Positions 30,333-40,741 of a DNA stretch of 64,000 bases are shown piece after piece. The stretch lies in the IMG/VR virus record IMGVR_UViG_3300011008_000999, one strand, 5' to 3'. The notes under the pieces are model-generated. The model saw only the letters and a program-made list of their open reading frames with translations, was not told where the DNA came from and searched no databases. Every line of letters begins with the position of its first letter. Positions within the stretch are counted from its first letter, which is position 1. The position numbers and the translations under genes were made by a program. Source of the stretch: a virus. Lineage: Duplodnaviria; Caudoviricetes.

Positions 30333-31550
30333 TTACTTTTCATTAGCCATTCTCCAATCAATGGCTCTCTGAAGATACTCAACATACTCAGGATTCTTAC
30401 ACATTCCTTTACCAGGAGTATCAGAAATCTTTGCAACATCCTGTCCATTACAGAATGTAGTCTTCATTACAATGTTGAGTGCAGGTACATCAGTGTCATT
30501 TGCAAGGTAAGTACCAATACCAAATGCGACCTTTGCCTTTTCTCTAAAGTATCTGCAGATCTTATCAGCTCTCTCAAAGTTAAGACTATCAGAGAAGAGA
30601 AGAGTCTTTGTTTTAGGATCGATACCAAGCTTCTTGTAATGAGCAATCATCTTCTCACCCCATTCGATAGGATCACCAGAGTCATGACGAACACCACTGA
30701 ACAGAGTAGCATAAGTAAGATCAAAGTCTTTAAGGAAGCAATCAGTTGTAATTGCATCTGTAAGAGCAGTTCCGTTAAGGATTCCATACTCATTTACCCA
30801 TGCTCTAAGTGCATAATAGTTAGAGTATGCCGGATTGTGCTTATGATCTCCCTGACCTACACACATGATCCACTCGTGTGCCATAGTACCGACCGGAATA
30901 ACTCCAAATTTCTTTGCGAGATATACATTAGAAGTACCGATAAATCTGCTTGCGCTATGCATCGTATCATTGAGATGACTGAACTTCTGAATTGCAAGTT
31001 CCTGCGCTTCTGCAGAAAGTCTACGTCTAAGACCAAATTCAGAGAATGTGCCAAGGTAATACTTACCATGCTTAACATCCTCGAACTTAGCATCGAGACG
31101 TTTCTTAAAGCTATCTATAAGCTCATTGTAATTGTACTGCATTCTGAAGTAAACTTCATTTACGATTGCCAATGTAGGGATCTCATACATAGAAGTATTT
31201 ACCCAAGTTCCTTTAGTCTCAATAGAAAGACCGCACTCTGCATTAGTAGTGATCTCAAAATCTTCGAATCGAGGCTGCCAGATTCTAAGGAAATTGATAT
31301 AGCTGCCCTTGAACCATTTGATCTGATCGAGATACTGAAGTTCATCTTCAATGAATCTCAGCTGACAGTATGCCTTGATCTGTTCCTTGATCTCTTCTAC
31401 CATCTCAGGAGTAAAATGAACATCTTTATTACGACACTTGAATGTCCAAGTAGTCATGTATTCAGGGAACTGATGATAAATTGCCTGACCCATAGAAAAC
31501 TTATAAAGGTCAGTTTCCAAAAGACTGTTAATAATCTGATTGAGTTTCAT
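30333..31550 (-). CDS. pncB: Nicotinate phosphoribosyltransferase
   Basis: LETDLYKFSM, EFGLRRR, GTSNV, GTMAHEW, GVRHDSGDP, FSDSL, AFGIGT, KISDTPGK. Confidence 0.96.
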   Translation of the reverse strand: MKLNQIINSLLETDLYKFSMGQAIYHQFPEYMTTWTFKCRNKDVHFTPEMVEEIKEQIKAYCQLRFIEDELQYLDQIKWFKGSYINFLRIWQPRFEDFEITTNAECGLSIETKGTWVNTSMYEIPTLAIVNEVYFRMQYNYNELIDSFKKRLDAKFEDVKHGKYYLGTFSEFGLRRRLSAEAQELAIQKFSHLNDTMHSASRFIGTSNVYLAKKFGVIPVGTMAHEWIMCVGQGDHKHNPAYSNYYALRAWVNEYGILNGTALTDAITTDCFLKDFDLTYATLFSGVRHDSGDPIEWGEKMIAHYKKLGIDPKTKTLLFSDSLNFERADKICRYFREKAKVAFGIGTYLANDTDVPALNIVMKTTFCNGQDVAKISDTPGKGMCKNPEYVEYLQRAIDWRMANEK

Positions 31551-31567
31551 GTTTGTAACTTCCTTTC

Positions 31568-31705
31568 TTATTTATTCTGTTCATTCATGAACTTTTCTGC
31601 AGCTTCTTTAGTATCAAATGATCGTTCACTGGGACCAAGTAGACTAGTAGCATCTCCATATACTACCCAGTATTTATTACCTTCTTTATACATATATGCC
31701 TTCAT
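31568..31705 (-). CDS. Small hypothetical protein (45 aa, not in ORF track)
   Basis: MKAYMYKEGNKYWVV...FDTKEAAEKF; GGAGG RBS just after a promoter. Confidence 0.6.
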   Translation of the reverse strand: MKAYMYKEGNKYWVVYGDATSLLGPSERSFDTKEAAEKFMNEQNK

Positions 31706-31780
31706 ATAAGTACCTCCATTTAATTTATAAATAAATTATAACATGAAGACAACAAAAAGTAAATAGTTTTAGTAATTATT

Positions 31781-32230
31781 TTATGTAGTTAATTCTTTTT
31801 CGCGTTCTTTAATACTATCATGAAGATACTTCCAAGTAATTGTAAGATTTCTGTCTCCAGCTCTCTTAAAGAACTTGTATAAAGTAGGAAGATTAGTTTT
31901 TTCCTTTTCTCCAATCTCAGTACCTTTTATCTTTTCAGCAATTATAGCACAATCTTTGCTTTCAAGAGTATAAGTCTTATTAGAAGTTAAGAACTCTACT
32001 ATAGAAAGATCATAGTCAAAAAGAGCTAAATTGTTGTTAACTGCTTCCATAACATTATGCATAGCATCAGTCATAGAAACTACATTAAAATCATCAATCT
32101 TATCTATGTAGTTATTATATGATTCAAAGAACTCATCTCCATATTTAGATGCGATCACTTTCCTGAGTTCGTTAAATTCTTCATCTGAATAATTATGTCC
32201 ATTTCCTTTTGAATTATATAATGTAATCAT
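31781..32230 (-). CDS. Hypothetical protein
   Basis: Own promoter and RBS. Confidence 0.7.
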   Translation of the reverse strand: MITLYNSKGNGHNYSDEEFNELRKVIASKYGDEFFESYNNYIDKIDDFNVVSMTDAMHNVMEAVNNNLALFDYDLSIVEFLTSNKTYTLESKDCAIIAEKIKGTEIGEKEKTNLPTLYKFFKRAGDRNLTITWKYLHDSIKEREKELTT

Positions 32231-32355
32231 GATAATTTTACCCCCTCTATTGTAATAGTTAACTTTAAATAATTATAATATTATCATTTAAGTATGTAAA
32301 TAGTTTTTACAAACAAAAGGAGACTAGTTTTTTCAACTAATCTCCTTATTGAATT

Positions 32356-33151
32356 TTACCAACTTACGTAAACATCAACTGTTCCGTAATCACAACCACA
32401 ATCGTAAATCTTACCAGGTCTACCTAATGGCGTATCAATTACTGTACCATAAGCGATATAATTACCATCAGCCGCAAGACATATATAACCATTTTCATCA
32501 CATACAAAACCATCTTCATCTACATGACGACCTGGAATATTAAGTCCACCACCAGGTAAAACTTTCTCACTATACCATGTCCAGCTAGAACCGCCCCAGC
32601 TAATACGTCCGTGATACATTAAATCATGTGGTGTATAAATAATATCAGTAGATTCAATCTCAACAAATTCAGCTTCAGTTGTTTCAGGAACTTCAGGAGC
32701 AGTAATGTAGCTGCTTTTATTTCAACTATATTTTCGCTAAATCGTTCTTCTTCAGATACTTCAACTACTTCTTCAACTTCAGCTAATTCCATCTGAGTCA
32801 CTTTAAGTTCATAGATTGAACTAGGCATGCCTGGAATATACTCAAATGAGTACTTACCTACATAAACTTTATTATCTGACTTAGGTCCGTAAAGTTCTTT
32901 ATAGTAGTCCGCCATTGTAGTAGTAGGTACTTCTAATCTCTTAACATCTAATGTAGGTACATCCGCTAAAGTATTAACAAATACAATCTGTCCTTGTTCA
33001 GCAGTTTCTACTGAATCATCTGGAATTTTTGCTTCAGCGTTTGCACTAACAACGATTAACAAAATACTATATACCATCATACACAAAAACATGATAGTGA
33101 TATTCTTTTTTCACGAATCGTATTCACGACTGTTTCTAAATTCTTCATCAT
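32356..33151 (-). pseudogene. Membrane-anchored cell-wall-related protein (3D-like C-terminal domain) broken by two single-base frameshifts
   Basis: ORFs 32619..33092 and 32356..32619 plus an upstream MMKNLE start join into 265 aa if one base is added near 33106-33111 (A6) and one near 32715-32718 (A4); C-terminus ...YDCGCDYGTVDVYVSW. Confidence 0.7.
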
Positions 33152-33231
33152 CTTTCTTTGTCCTTTTTATAGTTATAGCACTCTTTTGAATTGTAAGCAT
33201 GTCATTCTCCAGAGTGCTATTAACTCTTATT

Positions 33232-34164
33232 CTAGGCCATTAAAATCATGGTGTAAGCCTGATCAACAAGTGCACTGCCGTGAGCAATATACATGTAGCG
33301 GTTGATATTACTGTTCTGAGTATTACGACCTTCAACATGATCTGCATAATCGGCAACTGCAGAAATGAACTTGTATCCGGTAGATCCAAATTCAAACAGG
33401 TCTGCTTTGTCAAGGTATACTGCAAGCAGCTGTTTTCTTCTGCGTTCCTGGTTCTCTTTCTGCTTATCAGACATATCATCATTGATAGGGAACAAACGAT
33501 TGATAAACTGAGTAACCTGAGAACTAGAAATTTTGATAGACTGGAGAACTTCACATTCTCTGTTAAGCGCTTCCATGTAAGAAGAACCTGCAAGAAGAAT
33601 CTGTCTTGCTTCATCGATCTTCTTCATAGGATCACCAGAGTGTACACATCTCCAATGTCTAGACGGATCTCTTAACGGAATATTAAGTGCATTTGAGCAC
33701 GCAATTCTTTCAGGGACGATCATACATTTGACTGATCCTGTACCATCGTGTGAGTTCATAAAGATTAGATAACATTCAACATCATCACCAAGGATAGAAT
33801 ATTTACCAGTTATCTTTGCTTCAAGCCACGTAGAAGATCCACCACGATAAGATCCACCACGGATGAACTCAATTTCTTTTGAGTTATAGATCGATTCAGT
33901 AAATGCAAAGGCATCTGCATTATTAACGATCTTATACTTATCGGAAACTATACCAAGAGGTTTTTCATCGGCTTCCCTAACAATAATGTTAGATCCAGGA
34001 ACCTCGATCTGCTTACCATTAACTTCGGTATATACAGGATGTGCAGAAACAGTCCAATTAAGACCAGCCTGTACAAGAACATCATCATATGACTTAGCAT
34101 CGATGATTTTTTCACCGAAACCTGTATGCAACTTTTCTTTCTGCAAAAAACTAAGATCTGCCAT
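33232..34164 (-). CDS. DUF932/DUF945-family protein
   Basis: AGLNWTV, LGIVSDKYKIVNN.DAF, NSHDGTGS, RIACSNAL. Confidence 0.88.
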   Translation of the reverse strand: MADLSFLQKEKLHTGFGEKIIDAKSYDDVLVQAGLNWTVSAHPVYTEVNGKQIEVPGSNIIVREADEKPLGIVSDKYKIVNNADAFAFTESIYNSKEIEFIRGGSYRGGSSTWLEAKITGKYSILGDDVECYLIFMNSHDGTGSVKCMIVPERIACSNALNIPLRDPSRHWRCVHSGDPMKKIDEARQILLAGSSYMEALNRECEVLQSIKISSSQVTQFINRLFPINDDMSDKQKENQERRRKQLLAVYLDKADLFEFGSTGYKFISAVADYADHVEGRNTQNSNINRYMYIAHGSALVDQAYTMILMA

Positions 34165-34263
34165 AACAATACCTCCATTAAATAAAATACACGTTGCTGT
34201 TTATTTATTATGGTTTTATTATAACACGATCTTAGATAAATGTAAATAGTTTTATTAAATTTT

Positions 34264-35202
34264 TTAAACTATCTTTGCAGATAAGAATTGTTCTTTAGTC
34301 ATATCATTGACGTCTTTACAGTCACCATAGCATGAATAATCAATTTCTTTTATAATTTTATTGGTGACATTTTTACGAAACTTTTCTCTAGCTTTTTTAC
34401 CTGCGTCATCATTATCTGTAGCTAAAATTAAATATCTCAAGTCTGATTTTTTAATTAACTCATACTGACAACTAGATCCAGTTCCGTTCAACGCAATAGC
34501 GTATCTTCCATGAGACCATATAGCCAATGCATCTAACATTGACTCACATACGTATACCTCATTTATTTCTACACCTTTACGTCTTTCTCTATAGATTTCA
34601 TACAAACCATATACTGGTTTATCTACACCTTCAGGATAGTGAAAGTATTTATTCTTGACATTACGTGTAGCAATAAAAAGAATATTGCCGAATTCGTCTT
34701 TATTTGGAAATGTGATACAGTCATGCTCTTTATCGTATCCAATGTCGAATTTACGAATAGTGTCTAAGTTCAATTTTCTTTCAAACATATATGGATGTGT
34801 GAACCTATACTCTTTAAGTATCTCTTTATCTACAAATTCTACCGTCTTCTTTTTTCTCGATGGCAGATTAAATTTGACTTTACGCTCTTCAATAGTGCTT
34901 CCATCAAAATTTTCTAATAACCATGATCGTCCGTTTACTTGTAAACAATGAGACACTACATCTGCTAAGGAATGTGTTTCCTTGCAGCCGAAACAATAGA
35001 ATAATCCGTCGGATTCTCTAAACTGAGCTGACGGATGATTCTCTTGTCCGAATTTATGATATGGACATTGAACGGACAAATATCCGTTTATTGTCTTATA
35101 TCCTTTTGAAAAGTACTTAAACCCACCTTGATGACAGTCTAAGATAAGTTTATCTATTATCTGTCGTGTAGTAGTATTTAAGTTTAGATCTCCAACTCTC
35201 AT
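34264..35202 (-). CDS. dnaG: DNA primase (CHC2 zinc finger + Toprim)
   Basis: CPYH...PSA...CFGC; VCESMLDAL; LATDNDDAG; KDVND. Confidence 0.92.
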   Translation of the reverse strand: MRVGDLNLNTTTRQIIDKLILDCHQGGFKYFSKGYKTINGYLSVQCPYHKFGQENHPSAQFRESDGLFYCFGCKETHSLADVVSHCLQVNGRSWLLENFDGSTIEERKVKFNLPSRKKKTVEFVDKEILKEYRFTHPYMFERKLNLDTIRKFDIGYDKEHDCITFPNKDEFGNILFIATRNVKNKYFHYPEGVDKPVYGLYEIYRERRKGVEINEVYVCESMLDALAIWSHGRYAIALNGTGSSCQYELIKKSDLRYLILATDNDDAGKKAREKFRKNVTNKIIKEIDYSCYGDCKDVNDMTKEQFLSAKIV

Positions 35203-36530
35203 TAGATTGCATCTCCAGTGTCAGTGCTATATGCATCAGCATTTGCAGTAGTATCAATTGCAATTCCATCTTTAGGATTTGCAGTATATGTGAATTTACC
35301 AGTATTAATGTCATACTGATAGAACAGATGCTGACCTTTTTCACCGTATCTATTTTTGCTAAGATAAAGTTTAATTACATCTTTTGCTTTATAAACTGAG
35401 ATTGCTCTTGATGCATTATGTGAAATACCATCAGAACCACGAATTGTATCAAGCTCAGGTGATTCTGTACTTACTTCACCATCTGAATCTCTTGCGCCAG
35501 TTCTGTTTGCCTGCATAACTGCAATAATAGGAATTTTCTTTTCCATACTAAGAAGCATAAGATCTTCTGCAATATCAGTCAGATTTTCAGTAGTATTCTT
35601 ACCTTTATGACCTCTTTCATTTGTGAGGTAAGTAAGACCGTCAATTACTATCATCTGCAAATCGAGCGCTTCAATCCATCTTCTAAGTTCTGATATTGTA
35701 ACTCGCTTTTCAGGAAAATCAAGTGGTGTTACTACATTAAATACAGGTCTGTCCTTATTAGCAAGTGTATTTACATATTTCTTATATGGATCTGAATTGA
35801 AACTACCATCTGCTCCAGTAATTCCATGATTATCAAAGTTCTTAAACAAAGTATCAAAACGATAACCAATTTGTATAGCACTCATCTCAGGTGAGAAGAA
35901 TCCAACATTTGCACCTTTACCTATAGGATTACCTTTAGCATCTCTAGGACCAGCCCAAACTTCAACCGCAAGTTTTTCAGCAATCCATGTTTTAGCATTA
36001 TTGGTACGCGCATAAATAACTACTAATTCTTCTCCTCTTCTTAAACCACCATTAAGAATCATATCTAATTCATTAAGGTTAGTACTAAAAAGATATGCGT
36101 CTCTATCATTTTGTTTCTCTAATAACTGATCATATCTTGTAGGAGCAGTCTTAATAATATCAACTCCATAAGTTCTATTAGGCGCCTGAATAGCAGATAG
36201 CTTTTGGATAATCATATCCTTAGTCTTAACTGCATCTTTTGCCCATTCAGTTTCACTATTAGTAATAGTTTCTACACAATCATTATATACATATTCTTCA
36301 TAAAGTCTACGTTCAAGATATGAAACTGACTCAGATACATCAAGTATAGTAAAATCCGGAAAAGCGTCAAGCATCGAAGCCGCATCAGGAATATTCTTGT
36401 ATGTTCTAAAATGCTTCAGGATGTACTTGTATTGATCTGCATAATTGAAATAATATTTATCATCAAACTTCGTAAGAAAGGCTTCATCCTTTTTACTGAT
36501 GATATAGTTTAATGCCTGTAATTGTATCAT
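35202..36530 (-). CDS. dnaB: Replicative DnaB-like helicase
   Basis: ARTNNAKT Walker A variant, FSPEM, IVIDGL, QANR, KNRYG. Confidence 0.9.
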   Translation of the reverse strand: MIQLQALNYIISKKDEAFLTKFDDKYYFNYADQYKYILKHFRTYKNIPDAASMLDAFPDFTILDVSESVSYLERRLYEEYVYNDCVETITNSETEWAKDAVKTKDMIIQKLSAIQAPNRTYGVDIIKTAPTRYDQLLEKQNDRDAYLFSTNLNELDMILNGGLRRGEELVVIYARTNNAKTWIAEKLAVEVWAGPRDAKGNPIGKGANVGFFSPEMSAIQIGYRFDTLFKNFDNHGITGADGSFNSDPYKKYVNTLANKDRPVFNVVTPLDFPEKRVTISELRRWIEALDLQMIVIDGLTYLTNERGHKGKNTTENLTDIAEDLMLLSMEKKIPIIAVMQANRTGARDSDGEVSTESPELDTIRGSDGISHNASRAISVYKAKDVIKLYLSKNRYGEKGQHLFYQYDINTGKFTYTANPKDGIAIDTTANADAYSTDTGDAI

Positions 36531-37222
36531 AATTTTCCTCCAGCTCTAAAGTCATCAGACTTAAACTCAATGACTTTCGAACCGTTAAAGATTCGACTCG
36601 CAAGTCGTCCACCAATTACACTCTTAAGAGTTTCATAGTCTGTAATGTTACTTGTATAAATATTGCTTTTATCATTAGCAATTCTATAATCGATAAACTG
36701 AATGAGCTGTTCATGTTCATAATCAGTCAATCGCCCAAAAGCTAGATCATCCCAAATAACAAGATCTGCTTCTTTAAGTCGATCAATATACTCAGGAATA
36801 TCTCCAAACTTCTTAATATCCAATAAGAATGTAGGAACATTTACAAATACACCACGAGGAAAATCATAACTACCTTTCCATGTCTGATCAAAATAACGTA
36901 ACATTATTTTTGCAGCCCATGTAGTTTTAGCATTACCGCATGTTGTGGAGCAGATATAAAGGTTTTTACCTTCTCTAACAAATTTAACTACTTCTTCACC
37001 TTTGTACTTATCTAGTTCATCATATTGTACTTCATCAGCATCAACATGATATATCTGAAATGGCTTCTTATACATACTCGGAAGATTACTCATATCCAAC
37101 TGATTGTTGAAAAATCTGTATCTTTCACAAGTAGCAGAACAAGGTGAAGTCTTACATACATTGCTGTGAAAACAATCTTTCATTCTTGGCATTTTAATAA
37201 GTTCCTTTCTTACCTTCTGCAT
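36527..37222 (-). CDS. DnaC/IstB-like AAA+ helicase loader
   Basis: GNAKT, ADLVIWDDL, IYTSN, RLASRI, DFR. Confidence 0.85.
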   Translation of the reverse strand: MQKVRKELIKMPRMKDCFHSNVCKTSPCSATCERYRFFNNQLDMSNLPSMYKKPFQIYHVDADEVQYDELDKYKGEEVVKFVREGKNLYICSTTCGNAKTTWAAKIMLRYFDQTWKGSYDFPRGVFVNVPTFLLDIKKFGDIPEYIDRLKEADLVIWDDLAFGRLTDYEHEQLIQFIDYRIANDKSNIYTSNITDYETLKSVIGGRLASRIFNGSKVIEFKSDDFRAGGKL

Positions 37223-37970
37223 TTAATGCTTTAGCTTTTTCTTTAAGTTTCTGAATATCATCTTCAGTAAATGTACCACTAGTAATAGTAGTCTTATCAA
37301 AGTTTGCATGAGACGAAGTATTTACTTTCTGCTTAGGTCCAACATTAGGCTGAGTACTAACTCTCTGATCGACAAACTTGAACCATTCTCTATCAATAGA
37401 GTTTTGAATACAGGTTATCATATCGTCATCACTCATCTTAAAGCTTACTAAGTCATTAATCTTAGCTCGAACTATATATCCATGAAGTGCATCTGCTTCA
37501 GCAAATCTTCCACGTCTATTCATCCAAGTTTCAAAATACTGAATTAGCAAATTAGTAATCTTCTCATTGAAGTTATAACTATTAATAAGACCAATCATTT
37601 TCTCATAAGCATTAAGAACTTTAGGCTGTTCTTGAACAGTATTCTTAAATTCTTCTACCTGAGCCTCATTGATCTTTTTAGCAACAGTCTTTTCATTTTG
37701 AGTCTTAATAGCAAACTCAGCTTCACCCTTCTTGTTAATGGTAATATAACCAATTTTAACAAGTTCATCGAAAAAGGCATCTAACTCTTCTTTCGTCGAT
37801 GTAGATACCTCTGTAAGCTCTTCTAATGAAGAGATACTTGAAGAACTGTAGTATAACTGTGCATAAAGACCTTTAGCACTAACTGATAAACGTTCATCTT
37901 CAAAAATTAGTGCTGGAAGTACCATAAAATCTCTATTCTTTGGTTTCTTAACAAAATCTTTTCGTGCCAT
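37194..37970 (-). CDS. Putative replication initiator (N-terminal winged HTH)
   Basis: DERLSVSAKGLY...ELVKIGYI pattern; position upstream of loader/helicase/primase. Confidence 0.65.
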   Translation of the reverse strand: MARKDFVKKPKNRDFMVLPALIFEDERLSVSAKGLYAQLYYSSSSISSLEELTEVSTSTKEELDAFFDELVKIGYITINKKGEAEFAIKTQNEKTVAKKINEAQVEEFKNTVQEQPKVLNAYEKMIGLINSYNFNEKITNLLIQYFETWMNRRGRFAEADALHGYIVRAKINDLVSFKMSDDDMITCIQNSIDREWFKFVDQRVSTQPNVGPKQKVNTSSHANFDKTTITSGTFTEDDIQKLKEKAKALNAEGKKGTY

Positions 37971-37971
37971 A

Positions 37972-38319
37972 TTAGTTACTCCAATTCTTTAATTCTTGTG
38001 TAAGCTTTGATTTCTCACAGCCTGTAGGTGAAATATTTTCATTTCTGAGATTTCGTATAATTGTGCGATTTGTACTAACGTAATAAGTTTTGTTATTATA
38101 ACTAGCGCAATACTTCAAATGATCCACATAGTACTTTATGAAATTGTTGTTCATCTCATAATCGAAACTATCAACACAATCACAAAATATAGCATAACGA
38201 TCGTTAATATCCTCGAAGATTTTATATCCACATCGGAAGACCCTATGCCAAACATACATGTGGTCTCCGACTGATAACGCCTCGATGATATCAGCCTGGT
38301 CATTTGTATTCTTTTTCAT
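37972..38319 (-). CDS. Hypothetical protein
   Basis: ORF with RBS. Confidence 0.65.
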   Translation of the reverse strand: MKKNTNDQADIIEALSVGDHMYVWHRVFRCGYKIFEDINDRYAIFCDCVDSFDYEMNNNFIKYYVDHLKYCASYNNKTYYVSTNRTIIRNLRNENISPTGCEKSKLTQELKNWSN

Positions 38320-38404
38320 ACTATACTACTCTCCTTAAGTTCTTAAATAAACAATACAATCTTGAATTGTCTCCAAGACTGTATTGTGTTATTTTTAATT
38401 AGGG

Positions 38405-39388
38405 TTAACCCTGAGTAAGAATATGGATGCTACTACTCTCTGACATAGATACAAGATAGAATCTTGGTGATTTAAGGAACCAAATACTATTTCTTGTTTC
38501 TACCCACTCGAATCCATTTGGTGTCTCAGGTGGTTCCTGAGTATTCATAAGTGTCAATGAACCATCATTTTCATCTAACTCATACTCATATACTTTGATG
38601 AAGTTAAATGCACTTCTAAAATCATTAGAAGCAAGAATTTCATCAATATATGTTGCATCTGTACTAACTAACTTAGACAAATGCTTGCTCTCTAACTTAG
38701 AGAATGCTGCAATCTTACGTCTTCCCATTGCCTCACTAATCATTTCCATCCAAAGATAACAAGGAACTGTTAGTGAAGTTTTCTCAGGATCTCCGATAAC
38801 TGTCATATATGCAGCGATATGCTCAGTAGCAAATCTGAATAAACCTAACTTCATTGGAATAATAGGAAGATTAAGTTCCATCTTATTACCAAACTGCTTA
38901 GGTGAAATTACAATTGCAATATAGTCATTATTAAACTTACTATCTTCTCCAGCGCCATTTACAATATATTCTCTATAATCAAGATCATTACCAGATCTCG
39001 ATGCGCTTTCCTTAGCATACTGTAGAGCTGAATAAGAACGAATCTTATTAGTTCCCTTACCTTTACTTACATTCCAGTTAACAAGTGTTGCAAAGAATAA
39101 ATCGCTTGCTGATACATTAATACTTGTCTTAGTAATATCACAAATAGCATCTAAAAATGTAAGTGCAGTAGTAATCTTTCTAAGCTGATCATCATTGATG
39201 TCACCTTTAAAGATCATATCAATAATATCAGTTGTTGTATGAGGTGTCAAAAGAGCTTTTAATACTTTCTCTTTTAATGTATCATTACTTGAAAAATAAG
39301 AGAAATAGATATTATTGTCTTGATCACCAGATTGAACATGTGTAAGTTCAACCTTGCTTATATCATACTCGTATTTTCTTCTAGCCAT
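38405..39388 (-). CDS. Hypothetical protein
   Basis: 327-aa ORF with AAGGAG RBS. Confidence 0.75.
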   Translation of the reverse strand: MARRKYEYDISKVELTHVQSGDQDNNIYFSYFSSNDTLKEKVLKALLTPHTTTDIIDMIFKGDINDDQLRKITTALTFLDAICDITKTSINVSASDLFFATLVNWNVSKGKGTNKIRSYSALQYAKESASRSGNDLDYREYIVNGAGEDSKFNNDYIAIVISPKQFGNKMELNLPIIPMKLGLFRFATEHIAAYMTVIGDPEKTSLTVPCYLWMEMISEAMGRRKIAAFSKLESKHLSKLVSTDATYIDEILASNDFRSAFNFIKVYEYELDENDGSLTLMNTQEPPETPNGFEWVETRNSIWFLKSPRFYLVSMSESSSIHILTQG

Positions 39389-39429
39389 AATAGTCTCCTT
39401 TCAAATTTATGAACGGAATCTTTTACTTA

Positions 39430-39645
39430 TTAAAATCCGAGAAAATCAAGAACCTGCTGACGATCTTCCTTCTCCTCTTCAGTAAGAGCTCCGGTCTCTA
39501 CACGGTGGCGATACTGCTCAAGCTCTAAATCAGCCTGAAATGCATTAACAGATTCGCTAACCTCTACATTAGCTTCATTGTTCTTAATTTCCTTGCTAGT
39601 GTCTGCCATAATAAATCTCCTTTTCTGTTTATCTGAAACCATCAT
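39430..39645 (-). CDS. Small acidic hypothetical protein
   Basis: Probable start at MADTSK after AAGGAG. Confidence 0.65.
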   Translation of the reverse strand: MMVSDKQKRRFIMADTSKEIKNNEANVEVSESVNAFQADLELEQYRHRVETGALTEEEKEDRQQVLDFLGF

Positions 39646-40208
39646 TTCTTTTTGATAAATCCTGGCTCTATGGTATCATAAATCTGATCCAGGATCTTAT
39701 AAGCAGATGTATTTCGTTCACTAATAGTTGCTTCATAATCTACATCATAGATCGTATCAGCACGAGTACCAAACGTCCATTTAGACTTTCCAGTAAACAT
39801 ACTACAATTTAGCGCATTCACCCTATTAAAAATAAATAGCTCTTCATTATGCATGTAGATTATACGATCATAGAAGTTATTAGGTAGAAAAAGTTTCTCG
39901 TTTACTGTCTGTTTAATAACTCCAGTTAACTCTTTTAATCCAAGTACCATGTGATCAGCATGATAACCCTCTATATTGATTATATGATACTTTTTACCTT
40001 TTTCTTTATCTCCAACTATGTATACATGAATCTGTTTAGAGACAATAACAATAAACTTAGGATCAAAAAAGTATTTCAAAAATGGGTATTCAGGATGACC
40101 TTTAGCTCCATATTTTCTTTCATCAGATATAATATGTGCAGCTCTAAATAAAGGTTCAACCTTAGGATTTATACTGAGAATAGCTTCAGTTACATCTTGA
40201 GCTGTCAT
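39642..40208 (-). CDS. Hypothetical protein
   Basis: Own promoter copy. Confidence 0.7.
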   Translation of the reverse strand: MTAQDVTEAILSINPKVEPLFRAAHIISDERKYGAKGHPEYPFLKYFFDPKFIVIVSKQIHVYIVGDKEKGKKYHIINIEGYHADHMVLGLKELTGVIKQTVNEKLFLPNNFYDRIIYMHNEELFIFNRVNALNCSMFTGKSKWTFGTRADTIYDVDYEATISERNTSAYKILDQIYDTIEPGFIKKK

Positions 40209-40265
40209 AATATAATCCTCACTTCCATATTTTATTATATCACAGGTTTAATACAAAGTAAATAG

Positions 40266-40739
40266 TTATTTACTCTTTAAGTAAATTAGTTTGACTGGTT
40301 TCATCTTTTCAGAGAAAAATTGTTCATTTTTAAAATACTGATAAAAGTAATCGACTGTAATGTCTATCTTTTCTGCCCAATCATGATTATATTCAGTTAC
40401 ATTATGTTTGTTTACTAAAGACTCATAAACTTTACTCGACATCATTACAGACGACGAATCTGGTCGAACTAACTCAACATTCTTAATAATTTCATCATAA
40501 ATGTCAGTTAGATATTTCTCTAGAAATTCAGAATCTACTATAGAATTATTAGTCAAAAAGTTAAAATCTATGTTATTGATTGGTTCAGCTATAAAATATC
40601 CAGGTTTATAACCAATACACTTTTCATGTTTAACAAGTACTACATTTCTTCCTTTATACGCATATTGAGTATCTTCCTTAGATGCTACAGTAATTCTATT
40701 GCAAAAAGGGCATTTAATGAACCTATAATCTGCAATCAT
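40266..40739 (-). CDS. Hypothetical protein with CxxC
   Basis: CPFC near the N-terminus; coupled to the upstream gene. Confidence 0.65.
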   Translation of the reverse strand: MIADYRFIKCPFCNRITVASKEDTQYAYKGRNVVLVKHEKCIGYKPGYFIAEPINNIDFNFLTNNSIVDSEFLEKYLTDIYDEIIKNVELVRPDSSSVMMSSKVYESLVNKHNVTEYNHDWAEKIDITVDYFYQYFKNEQFFSEKMKPVKLIYLKSK

Positions 40740-40741
40740 TA

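Noticed and set aside
30318-31709. 463-aa plus-strand ORF
   Set aside because: Antisense shadow of pncB; no recognisable motifs, and all genuine genes here are on the minus strand.
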